Below, piece by piece: positions 20,530 to 28,925 of a DNA stretch of 64,000 nt. Under the pieces are notes generated by a model. The model was not told where the DNA came from, made no database searches, and was given only the letters and a program-made list of their open reading frames with translations. Numbering within the stretch: position 1 is the first letter of the stretch; each line of letters begins with the position of its first letter. The DNA is from a virus, in IMG/VR virus record IMGVR_UViG_3300032893_000012, positions 32,001 to 96,000 of that record. One strand, 5' to 3'. Both the position numbers and the translations under genes were made by a program.

Positions 20530-21578
20530 CGGCGATTACGCTTTCGGTTTGTCAGATAGATCGCACTTCCTACGACTCCTGCCCCGAGGAGTCCGATTCC
20601 CGCCATCGCTCCGACGCTGAGTCCAGATGATGCAGTCGCTACAGGTGCAGCAGGCGTGATAGGCGCAACAGGTGATACGGTTACATGCGGTGCGCACGCA
20701 GTCGGAGCGCTCCCTAGCGCCTGCGCTAGAGCGCTCGCTGTCGCTTGCTCGTAGTTGCTCGTGTTGATCGGAACTGGGTTAGCGCCGGACGAATTCCAAG
20801 CCGTTTTGAAGGCGTGAACCGCTGCGTTGACGCTGCTTCCGGGGTGCGTCACCGACGTGCAGTAACTCGGATCGGCGACAATGGCGGCTACTGCGGCTCG
20901 TGCGGCATCGGCTACTGAGGTAGGCGGCGCCGGGACATCGCCGTAAAACGCTTGCAGCGCTAGCCTAGCCGATGACATCGCATCCGAGAGATCGTGTAAG
21001 ACGTCCGAACGAACCTGAAAGGAATCGTTGCTATTTCCGGCAACGATTGCAGCACTAAGCGCCGGAAGTCGAGCGCGCGCTTTACTGGTGCTCTTACGTA
21101 CGTCTTGCGCGTACGGGATTGCGTACACCGCAGGGGACCCACTGCCGACGATTTCCGAGACCGATGCATCCACAACATTGGCAGCATTTTCAGCGGCGTC
21201 GCCGAATCCTTGATCTCCCATCGCAGCAAGCGCACTGACCTTCGCATTCGCCGCATCGAGCGCGGCGTAGTCGGCGAGCACTCCAGCGGCCGCATCACCG
21301 AGAGACGATGGCGTGACGCCATCCATATGAGGAAGCGCAGCGAAGTACGCCCGGGGACGCGTATCCAGTTCGCCAGAGAACCACTTCTCCGGTAAGTTGA
21401 GAACCTCGCCCTCGCGTAGATCTTTGAACGTAACGAAACCGTTCGGAAGACGCTTTGCCGCCTTGTGAGGGTTGGCGCGCACGATGTCAATTGCGCATTT
21501 TGGGCAGCCAGCCATGTCCGGCCGACTGGCGATACTAGCCGGGCTATCTCCAGCCTGAACGACGTAAGTCCGCGTCAC
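20526..21578 (-). CDS. LysM-like protein with C-terminal TM anchor
   Basis: YVVQAGDSPASIA...ANPHK; shares an ADPxYC..VN.AVH.FK.AWN domain and the anchor with 11440-12798. Confidence 0.8.
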   Translation of the reverse strand: MTRTYVVQAGDSPASIASRPDMAGCPKCAIDIVRANPHKAAKRLPNGFVTFKDLREGEVLNLPEKWFSGELDTRPRAYFAALPHMDGVTPSSLGDAAAGVLADYAALDAANAKVSALAAMGDQGFGDAAENAANVVDASVSEIVGSGSPAVYAIPYAQDVRKSTSKARARLPALSAAIVAGNSNDSFQVRSDVLHDLSDAMSSARLALQAFYGDVPAPPTSVADAARAAVAAIVADPSYCTSVTHPGSSVNAAVHAFKTAWNSSGANPVPINTSNYEQATASALAQALGSAPTACAPHVTVSPVAPITPAAPVATASSGLSVGAMAGIGLLGAGVVGSAIYLTNRKRNRR

Positions 21579-21631
21579 GCCTCAAAGACTACGCGCTAGT
21601 CATGAGGGTCGTCCAGCAGCAGCTGGAATCT

Positions 21632-21823
21632 TTAGGCGTATTCGCGCTCTGGCTGGTGTACGACAGGGCTTCCGTTACCGTCCGCGAGCCGGATTCCTTC
21701 ATTTTCGACTGCCATCCGTACGAGCGGACTCTTGAGGAGTTCGAGTAACTTGATCGCTTGTTCAAGCCCCTGATGGTCGTTCGCCGCTTCGATCGCAACG
21801 CTCATTGTGACGCGGTATCTCAC
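21632..21823 (-). CDS. Hypothetical protein
   Basis: 63 aa, start overlaps the upstream stop. Confidence 0.55.
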   Translation of the reverse strand: MRYRVTMSVAIEAANDHQGLEQAIKLLELLKSPLVRMAVENEGIRLADGNGSPVVHQPEREYA

Positions 21824-22095
21824 GCAGAGAACCCCGCATCAGGCTGCGGCTCAGGCGGCTGTGGAGCGTTTTCCTGCGGAGGCGTGTCAGAAGTAATCGG
21901 AGGAGCGCTAGGCGGCGTCGAACCCACAACAGCAGCAGCGAATATTTCTCCAGCTATCCGAAAAAGATTCGGATCGATTCCACGCAAGTGTCTCAAAGTG
22001 TCGTGGATAGCGTTCAGTGTCCAACGCCGCCCTACGTCTTCGGCATACTTGAGCACTTCATCGTCAGTGAGTTCAACTTGAATAGAAAAACGCAT
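21820..22095 (-). CDS. Hypothetical protein
   Basis: MRFSIQVEL start coupled (TAATG) to the 560-aa gene. Confidence 0.55.
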   Translation of the reverse strand: MRFSIQVELTDDEVLKYAEDVGRRWTLNAIHDTLRHLRGIDPNLFRIAGEIFAAAVVGSTPPSAPPITSDTPPQENAPQPPEPQPDAGFSA

Positions 22096-23777
22096 TAGGA
22101 GTTTCCTTGTCCAGAAATATTCGGTGGTGCCCACGTCTGTCGCGATGCAGGTGAAGGCGAAATAGGCGGCGGTAGATTCGCTGGCGGAGGAGGAAGCGGC
22201 GCTGCGGTCGGGGGCAATTGATGCGGATCCACCGCTGCCGCAACGAATCCTGGCGGTGGTTGGTAGTCTGGCGGCACCTCTAAGTAGCCTGGCGGCAACA
22301 CGCGCTTCTGTTCTGGAGCTCGATTTTGACTCTTCTGGATCGCCTCGCGTTGTTCACCGAGCCACTTGAGAAAGCTTCCCAGGTTCGCCGCTGCAGATTC
22401 GCCCCAGCGCATAGTGCCATCCGCTTTGCTGTACGCGATCTTGCCGTTGCCAGTATCGAGAATTTTGATCGGACTGTCGTCTTCTTCGGTCGCTACCGGT
22501 TCCGGCGCTTCTCGCTCTTCGTCCGTCCCTAGAATACTTCCAAATTCTTTCGCGGTAGCTACAGCCGTGCGTACCAATGTCAGCGATTCTTTGAGATGCT
22601 CCGCCGCAGTTTGCTGGCGCGGTGGCTGCTCACTGCTGTATCGCGGTGGCGGTGGCGGCGCCTGACCTGGATCTCCTTGCGGGTAATACTGACGCTGAGG
22701 CCCCATGCGCGCGCCCGATCCGGGCCCCATGTTCGGAACGAACAGCGACGCTAGTCGGTCGATCGGTACGAAACCGAGCGGCGTCCACACCGTGCCCTGA
22801 GGAGCAGGTATCGGGGGCGCACCCATCATTCCTGGAACGAAGCTTGGTACCGCTGGCGGCGTCGGCGGCGCTCCCTGCGTTACCTGTTGCGGCTGCATGG
22901 ACTGCGCGAGAGTGAGCATCCGCTGGAACCATTCCATCATCGTCGGCATGTCCGCCCCCGGTGGGGGCATTGGCGGCGGCGGCGGAGGAGGCGGCGGCGC
23001 TTGCGGCGGAGGCTGCATGCTCTGAACTATTTGCTGCATCCGCTGAAACCACTCGAACATCGTACCCATGTCGGGTCCAGCCGGCGCCTGAACAACGACT
23101 GGTACTTGCGGCGGCTGCGGCGACGGAGCTGTCGCAGCTGCGGGCGGATACGCTGGTTGCGGCTGCGGGGGCGAGTAACCAGGTTGAGCTGGATAACCGG
23201 GCAGCGGATACTGTGGTGGATAGCCGGGCGGATATGGATATGACATCGGCTGTCCTTGCTGCGGTCGAGTATCCGGCAATGTGATCTTACCGTTACCGCG
23301 AAACTGCTTGCTATTGGTGTCGAGGATTTTGACCTCGTAGTCGGCCTCACCGTGCTGGCCGTGAATGATCTTGAGCGCGTCGTAGAGTTCCGCCGCGGAT
23401 CTTGGACGACTGATGATTACTTGCTGGACCGGAGTTCCAGTAAGCCGTCTAACGTGTATGTCGAGTGTGTTTGCTGGCCAATACCGAAGAAGCGTCTCGT
23501 ACGTGGTGAGCAGATCACCGGTGTTGAACGAGACCTTGCTCTGGTTCGAGCGCTTCTTGTCGACGATAGCGTCGAGGCGACGGTTTTCACGTACGCTTTC
23601 GGCGTCGACGGCGCCTATCGCGCGAACGGCATCTTCGGATGCTACGAGTTCGCCAGTGTCCTCGTCACGTTCAGCCCCAACCTCGGCCAGGACGTCGGCC
23701 TCGTCCTCCTGCGCAGGTGTATTCGAGGCTGTATGCGCAGGAGGCGATTCACTGCGAATTCGTCTACGTGTTCCCAT
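22095..23777 (-). CDS. Pro/Gln-rich 560-aa protein
   Basis: Globular N-terminal part, long polyproline tracts, duplicated DMxTMxEWFQRM motif. Confidence 0.75.
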   Translation of the reverse strand: MGTRRRIRSESPPAHTASNTPAQEDEADVLAEVGAERDEDTGELVASEDAVRAIGAVDAESVRENRRLDAIVDKKRSNQSKVSFNTGDLLTTYETLLRYWPANTLDIHVRRLTGTPVQQVIISRPRSAAELYDALKIIHGQHGEADYEVKILDTNSKQFRGNGKITLPDTRPQQGQPMSYPYPPGYPPQYPLPGYPAQPGYSPPQPQPAYPPAAATAPSPQPPQVPVVVQAPAGPDMGTMFEWFQRMQQIVQSMQPPPQAPPPPPPPPPMPPPGADMPTMMEWFQRMLTLAQSMQPQQVTQGAPPTPPAVPSFVPGMMGAPPIPAPQGTVWTPLGFVPIDRLASLFVPNMGPGSGARMGPQRQYYPQGDPGQAPPPPPRYSSEQPPRQQTAAEHLKESLTLVRTAVATAKEFGSILGTDEEREAPEPVATEEDDSPIKILDTGNGKIAYSKADGTMRWGESAAANLGSFLKWLGEQREAIQKSQNRAPEQKRVLPPGYLEVPPDYQPPPGFVAAAVDPHQLPPTAAPLPPPPANLPPPISPSPASRQTWAPPNISGQGNS

Positions 23778-23780
23778 CGT

Positions 23781-24170
23781 TCAAACTTGCGCCTGTCCGC
23801 CCGTCGTCTGCTGCGGTTCTTCCTCTTCTGGTTCGGTTCCGTCAGATTCGGCTGCCTCGAGTTCGTCAGCGAAGACCTCGAGAGGCATCGCCTCTTGTAC
23901 GAATCGAATTCGACCCATTGGAACGAAGTCGCGCATACCTACTGCGTCACCACCTTCAACCGCATCCAAATACGAGAAAATCTCGATTCCTCCGCCCGCA
24001 TCTGTTCCAATGAACATACGTACGACTTTCGCGCCTGGCACGTGCGGATGCTCGCTACCCACCGCCCATCGTGTGGTCTCAGGCTGCCCCGATACGGGAG
24101 CTAGATTGTCACTGATCACGAGTGTGACCATTGGATAGGTCGGAGGCGGAAGCTTAAAAACTGTCGTCAC
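23781..24170 (-). CDS. Hypothetical protein with acidic tail
   Basis: 129 aa, coupled to neighbours. Confidence 0.6.
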   Translation of the reverse strand: MTTVFKLPPPTYPMVTLVISDNLAPVSGQPETTRWAVGSEHPHVPGAKVVRMFIGTDAGGGIEIFSYLDAVEGGDAVGMRDFVPMGRIRFVQEAMPLEVFADELEAAESDGTEPEEEEPQQTTGGQAQV

Positions 24171-24769
24171 AGCGCGTTATCCTCCAAGAATGAGTAGTAG
24201 CTCCGCCTACGAGCGTCGCCGGCGACGATAATGTGGTCGAGGAACTTGATGTCAATGGTTTCGAACGCATCAACGAAGGCGTCTGTCGTTTCGATGTCCG
24301 CCTCGCTCGGTTCGGCTTCGATGCCCGACGGGTGTACGTGGAAGATGATCACCGCGTGCGCCCCGTCCGCTACGGCGGCTTGAAGAGTCGGTAGGATGGG
24401 TGCCATCACGCTGGACGGCTCCCCACGTCCGGTCTCAGCAAGACCCTTGAATCGTAAATGCAGATCAAGCGTCACGACTCCGAAAACCTCATTGACCTCG
24501 TCTTCGATGGCCTCACCGATGAGATGGAAGGCCTTTTCCGGTTCGTCGAGCGGTCCGATCTGATCTGAGAGCGCGTTACACGCCGCGAACCTGTCAGCGT
24601 CCTTCTGAATCGTCAAAAACGGACGGCACCGCGCGCCGCGCTTGCCATCGATGATGAGCGGTTCTACTTCGCGCGGTCGTCGCGGGGCCACCCGATCCCG
24701 TACAATACCGCGGATGGCATGTTCCGAGACTCCGTGCATGCGAGTAAGCGGCCTGCACGCGCAAGTCAC
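24167..24769 (-). CDS. radC: RadC-like JAB/MPN domain protein
   Basis: EVFGVVTLD...FHVHPSG..EPSEADIETT...LDHIIV matches the RadC JAB pattern. Confidence 0.85.
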   Translation of the reverse strand: MTCACRPLTRMHGVSEHAIRGIVRDRVAPRRPREVEPLIIDGKRGARCRPFLTIQKDADRFAACNALSDQIGPLDEPEKAFHLIGEAIEDEVNEVFGVVTLDLHLRFKGLAETGRGEPSSVMAPILPTLQAAVADGAHAVIIFHVHPSGIEAEPSEADIETTDAFVDAFETIDIKFLDHIIVAGDARRRSYYSFLEDNAL

Positions 24770-25074
24770 GCTACAGCCGCCTGTATTGATGCGCCTTTCA
24801 GATCGACAAATTCATCTAGCGATACGCCGCGCACGCGGCAGATCGCTTCGTCGATCTTGAAAGTGACGCAATGCCTCTTGAAGGTCATGTCGTACACTTT
24901 TTGTGCCACGACGATGTCTCCCGGCTTGTATCCTGCAGCCTCTGCCGCTGGACCAACCTCGTCGAGCAGGAAACAGCGCGTGACACCTTTCGCGTGATCA
25001 AGCACCAGTTCACTGGTCGGTTTCGGCACAAGAGCGCGTCCGATGACCCAATCGTTAACAGGTTCGAGCTTCAC
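24766..25074 (-). CDS. GroES-like co-chaperonin (divergent)
   Basis: MKLEPVNDWVIG...EVGP...KPGDIVV resembles GroES (L.PL.DRV...VG.G...VK.GD.V). Confidence 0.55.
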   Translation of the reverse strand: MKLEPVNDWVIGRALVPKPTSELVLDHAKGVTRCFLLDEVGPAAEAAGYKPGDIVVAQKVYDMTFKRHCVTFKIDEAICRVRGVSLDEFVDLKGASIQAAVA

Positions 25075-25655
25075 GTCTGTTCCTCTTCTTGTTCGATAGT
25101 GAATCGATCGTAGAAAGACTGCGAAGGTGACGGAGGGGTTAGCGCAGCGATGGTACCGTCCGTATTCGGCGGAGGTTCGACCGTTGCGCTTTGAAGGCGA
25201 GCCAGTTCCGCTTTCGTTGTTTCGAGCTCGATCTCGAGAGCCATACGCGAGGTTAATACTTCACTGAAATACTCACGACTTGGGGCGAAGTACGGTTCCT
25301 GTGCCGGCGGACGCGCAGCGAGAGGAGCAAACTGTCGTGCGGCGTTCAATACAACGAGAGCGTTCATGCGCTGTTCGCGGTCAGGGCAACCTCGAGTGAT
25401 CAGAACAGCAGGCTTCCCTGAATCTGAAGTGTCGTAGCGATCGTTTACGCACGGTTCCGTTTCATCGTCTTTGCCGGGACAGCCGTTCACGTGCGCGCAT
25501 CGTTCAAGTATTCCGAAGGCAGCGCGCGCCGCAATCTGCCAGCCGACTTTGTTGCGCCACAGAGCGAGCTTGACGGCGTTCCAGTCGCGTACCGATATCG
25601 GTACCTTCTGATCGACTGGAGTTTCGAGCCCCTGCCTTCTTTTTTCGTTCATCAT
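25071..25655 (-). CDS. Hypothetical protein
   Basis: 194 aa with a Cys cluster and a coiled coil. Confidence 0.6.
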   Translation of the reverse strand: MMNEKRRQGLETPVDQKVPISVRDWNAVKLALWRNKVGWQIAARAAFGILERCAHVNGCPGKDDETEPCVNDRYDTSDSGKPAVLITRGCPDREQRMNALVVLNAARQFAPLAARPPAQEPYFAPSREYFSEVLTSRMALEIELETTKAELARLQSATVEPPPNTDGTIAALTPPSPSQSFYDRFTIEQEEEQT

Positions 25656-25927
25656 CAGATCGTCGCTCCGTCTGGTTCAACGATGCGGATGTACCCGTCG
25701 CTCGGAGGGCGCTTAGCCGCTTGAACAAGGATCGAGCGCATCCACGCGCTCATGCTTAGTCCGCGTTTCTTCGCTCTTTCTTCGATCAAACGGTACTGAG
25801 CCGGCGTGAGCTTGACGCCCGCGGTCTTGGCCTTGAGCGGTAGACGTTCGGTTGGACGTTCGTTTGCCGTTCGTTTGCCTTTCGTTGACGCTTTCGTATA
25901 CTGCTCTCCGTCCGCTAGACGTGTCAA
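25655..25927 (-). CDS. Ribbon-helix-helix DNA-binding protein (start uncertain)
   Basis: TAGVKLTPAQYRLIEERAKKRGLSMSAWMRSIL is an RHH pattern. Nearest in-frame start is TTG at 25927. Confidence 0.65.
   Translation of the reverse strand: MTRLADGEQYTKASTKGKRTANERPTERLPLKAKTAGVKLTPAQYRLIEERAKKRGLSMSAWMRSILVQAAKRPPSDGYIRIVEPDGATI
25837..25902 (+). promoter_or_regulatory. Array of ~11-bp TCGTTTG-type repeats overlapping a sigma70-like promoter
   Basis: TCGGTTGGACGT TCGTTTGCCGT TCGTTTGCCTT TCGTTGACGCT; TTGCCT(25875)-16 bp-TATACT(25897). Confidence 0.6.
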
Positions 25928-25954
25928 GACGCTAGACGTAGACTCAGCGTACGG

Positions 25955-26368
25955 ATGGCACAGTTCGGCATCGGACCTGAACTCGCGGCACAGTGCCCAC
26001 AAGCGTCGACGCCAGACGGTTGGCGTCCGTGGTCACCTGACGCAGATGGGCCAATTCCGGACGCTCTAGCTGCGCGCGCGGCTGCTCTTGTGGGCGATCA
26101 GGCGACCGCGCTCGGAGCGACAGAAAGCTATCCTCTTCCAGGGGTTACGACACTTATTCGAATCGAACCACGTGTCTGGGGACGCGATGCACAGGGCGCA
26201 CTCGTCGAGGGGTGCTTTCGAAGTGGCGGTGTCTATCTACCGTACGGAACCCCGGCAGGCGCAGCGACACCGAGCGACGACAAGCTCGCAAAAACAGTTG
26301 GAGTACTCACCGCGGTGAGCCTGGTGGTCGGAACTGCGGCAACGATTGCTACCTGGGGACGTCGATGA
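25955..26368 (+). CDS. Tail-anchored membrane protein
   Basis: MAQFGIGP start; C-terminal TM plus GRR. Confidence 0.65.
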   Translation: MAQFGIGPELAAQCPQASTPDGWRPWSPDADGPIPDALAARAAALVGDQATALGATESYPLPGVTTLIRIEPRVWGRDAQGALVEGCFRSGGVYLPYGTPAGAATPSDDKLAKTVGVLTAVSLVVGTAATIATWGRR

Positions 26369-26547
26369 CCATCGAACGTAATGGTCGTACTGTTGTTGGA
26401 TTCGGAGATGAGGCTGTTTCGCTTCCGATCAAAGCGCCGCCGTCGACGTGGACCGTTGCGCTCGCGACGAGCGTCGTTGGCGCTGCGACAGGATGGGTCA
26501 TCGAGGAAATAGCGAGCAACATCCGAGGTCGAAAGAAGCGCCAATAA
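26365..26547 (+). CDS. Small membrane protein
   Basis: MTIERNGRTVVGFGD...TM...RGRKKRQ; ATGA coupling. Confidence 0.6.
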   Translation: MTIERNGRTVVGFGDEAVSLPIKAPPSTWTVALATSVVGAATGWVIEEIASNIRGRKKRQ

Positions 26548-27170
26548 TGAACGAGCAGATTCGAATCAATGGCGCATCTGTCGTCGGGCTCGGGGACGCG
26601 AAAGTTGTGGCGCCTCCAAGTTCCCGTGTAGCGCAAACACTCGCGGATGCTTTTCTCGGTGCGGCAGCGGGAGCAGGGCTCGGTGGGCTTATCGGAGGGA
26701 AGACTGGCGCACTAATCGGCGTCGCGGTTGGGGGTATCGGTGTGGGAGCAGTTACGTATGCGGTGCTGGGAGAGGATACGTGGAATACATCACCTCTACC
26801 TCCAACAACGACATCTGTCTGGCGCCAGCTCACTCAACCGACTGACAGCGTGAAGGCGGGAGAGGAGATGGCCGTAGCGATCTTAGGACCCAACAGGACA
26901 CCTCTGTCGCCGGATCTGATCGCGCAGCTAGATGCTGCACTTGCATTGATTCCTAGCTACAACGTGACGGCGCTCATAGCGAAGTATCCGCCAGGAACAT
27001 CGCCGCCTGCAAACGATTGGCCCTCAGACTATGTGATACCGCCCGGAATGAGAGATGATTTCGGTCCCGGCGCGTATCGCGTGCTACTTCGTGCGCTTAT
27101 CGATTCCCCTCCGACGTTCTGGCACTCCGTACCATCAAATGTCGGGACGTTCGGAATATGGGCACGATGA
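26547..27170 (+). CDS. Glycine-zipper membrane protein
   Basis: MNEQIRINGASVVGLGD, Gly-zipper TM hairpin; TAATG coupling. Confidence 0.65.
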   Translation: MNEQIRINGASVVGLGDAKVVAPPSSRVAQTLADAFLGAAAGAGLGGLIGGKTGALIGVAVGGIGVGAVTYAVLGEDTWNTSPLPPTTTSVWRQLTQPTDSVKAGEEMAVAILGPNRTPLSPDLIAQLDAALALIPSYNVTALIAKYPPGTSPPANDWPSDYVIPPGMRDDFGPGAYRVLLRALIDSPPTFWHSVPSNVGTFGIWAR

Positions 27171-27721
27171 AGTACGGCGGTTACTCTGAAGCGGAGGCAA
27201 CGATGATCTTTCTCGGCGAAACGGCGTTCCTAGGCGCGTGTCCCGTCATTCGGCCGGAAGGGATCTATCTCGATGGGCAGCGTGTGATTAGATTTGGGCT
27301 CGGTGCCGTAGAACGCAAAAATCCGCTACCTGCAGGAAGATACTGGGTCGATGTTTTCGCAAAAGATTCAGACGCTTTTGGCGCATGGCTCAACTCAAAT
27401 AAAGCCACCGTTCAGGTACGCACAACGGAACATTTTGACTCGGATCCGGTACGTGATTGGTACCTGTTTGAAGTAAGCGTTCCGACTCCGTGGCAGGGAC
27501 CTGGTTTTCCAACTATCGCTGGGCCGCACGTAACGAGTTCGAGCGATACCGCACAACGACCCGATCCAGTACCTTCAGTCGCGACACAGGTTGAAAAAGA
27601 ACTCGCGGATCTGAAAAGCGCAACCAGAACCGCGACATGGATCGGTGCTGCGGTTCTCGTCGTGGTTGGTGGAGCTCTACTCGTCTACTACGTACCTCGC
27701 CCTGCAACGCGATCTAGATGA
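27167..27721 (+). CDS. Tail-anchored membrane protein
   Basis: RFGLGA motif, globular domain, C-terminal TM. Confidence 0.65.
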   Translation: MKYGGYSEAEATMIFLGETAFLGACPVIRPEGIYLDGQRVIRFGLGAVERKNPLPAGRYWVDVFAKDSDAFGAWLNSNKATVQVRTTEHFDSDPVRDWYLFEVSVPTPWQGPGFPTIAGPHVTSSSDTAQRPDPVPSVATQVEKELADLKSATRTATWIGAAVLVVVGGALLVYYVPRPATRSR

Positions 27722-27924
27722 CGCTTCGAGCTCGCATTCAAGAATTGGAAGAACGAGTCGAAGCGATAGCCGCAGAACTCGCTGACGTACGTCAAAATCT
27801 ACTCGAAGCCCTAGCGCGAGCAATCCACGGGCCGTCCCAACCGCCCCCGATACTCTCACTTCAGTCGCAAGACCCAAGCGAGAACGACGATGCCGACCAC
27901 AATCACGAAAAGAATAAACGCTGA
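27718..27924 (+). CDS. Short coiled-coil protein
   Basis: 68 aa, ATGA coupling; 3' end overlaps a convergent gene. Confidence 0.45.
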   Translation: MTLRARIQELEERVEAIAAELADVRQNLLEALARAIHGPSQPPPILSLQSQDPSENDDADHNHEKNKR

Positions 27925-28170
27925 CGGGCGCGCGTTTTTCAATAGGACGCGGAGCCCAGTCGGACGAAGCGAAAACTGCGTTTCGCTCGGCAACTCATCT
28001 CGATAGCGATCGATCGCACTCTGGCTCTGCCGATCCTCTGCCTCGCCCTGCAGTGTCGCAAGTTCGTTTCCGAGTCGTCGTACACGCCCCCAGATCACGA
28101 TAACCTCGGCTTTTAGCTCATCGACTTCCCGCTCCAGGTCGAGTCGGCGCTGGCGTTCATCAGTCGGCAT
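27856..28170 (-). CDS. Coiled-coil protein with C-terminal TM
   Basis: Heptad pattern followed by FILFVIVVGIVVLAWVL. Confidence 0.55.
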   Translation of the reverse strand: MPTDERQRRLDLEREVDELKAEVIVIWGRVRRLGNELATLQGEAEDRQSQSAIDRYRDELPSETQFSLRPTGLRVLLKNARPSAFILFVIVVGIVVLAWVLRLK

Positions 28171-28236
28171 ACCCACCAAGGTAGCGCGAACTCACGCATT
28201 TCGCTTGACGGTACCGCAAGCGGTACTCTCGGGTTG

Positions 28237-28488
28237 TCAGCGCGGTAACTGTTGCGTCGGTACTGGTGCGGGTTCGTCACTTCCGATTGTCCCACCGATG
28301 AATGCTCCGACCACTGCGCCGGTCGCGCCGCCAACCACCATCGCGTCTTCGATATCTGCGCCACGTTGAGCCGCAGTGTATCTGACGCGCGGACGATACC
28401 GCGCTGCGTAATGCCCAGCGGCAGCGCCGGCAGCACCCCCGACTAACGCACCAAGCGCGCTCCAGAGACCAGTCTTGGCGTTGCTCAT
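28237..28488 (-). CDS. Small glycine-zipper membrane protein
   Basis: Paralogue of 13542-13766 (GAVVGAFIGGTIG..P.P.QQLP). Confidence 0.65.
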   Translation of the reverse strand: MSNAKTGLWSALGALVGGAAGAAAGHYAARYRPRVRYTAAQRGADIEDAMVVGGATGAVVGAFIGGTIGSDEPAPVPTQQLPR

Positions 28489-28500
28489 GGAATTTTGCTT

Positions 28501-28899
28501 TCAGTTCGTAGCTGTCGTCTCGTACGAGACGGCGAACAACACGGTGTCCATCGTCAAAGTGTCATTACCGCGAGCCACGACGAGCCATAGTGCCTCCGCT
28601 TCCGAGGGAAGGTGCACCATGCTGTGCGCCGACTTGTGGGCGATCGTGAGTGCGCGTAACAATGCGGGCGCTTTCGAACCCATTTTCTCTCGAAACCATT
28701 TCACGTAGGCGGGGCGTGGCATCGCCTGAAAACCACTCGGGTCCTGCTCCGACACTAGAAGAACGAGATCGCTCGTCTTGAACGTATCGCGCGCAACTCG
28801 ATAGGCGCCGAGAATGTCTTCCGGCGCGAACAGTTGCGTGATCAAGCGTTTGCAGTTTTCTGCTGTATTCGGAGCGAAATCGATTCCTGTTCGACGCAT
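28501..28899 (-). CDS. Hypothetical protein
   Basis: 132 aa; GAGGAG upstream. Confidence 0.6.
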   Translation of the reverse strand: MRRTGIDFAPNTAENCKRLITQLFAPEDILGAYRVARDTFKTSDLVLLVSEQDPSGFQAMPRPAYVKWFREKMGSKAPALLRALTIAHKSAHSMVHLPSEAEALWLVVARGNDTLTMDTVLFAVSYETTATN

Positions 28900-28925
28900 C
28901 TCCTCATGCTACCATATCTTTCGCC

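Noticed and set aside
28205-28229. TTGACG...TACTCT promoter
   Set aside because: The spacer is only 13 bp; the GTACCG-CAAG-CGGTAC hairpin is more likely a 3' mRNA structure.
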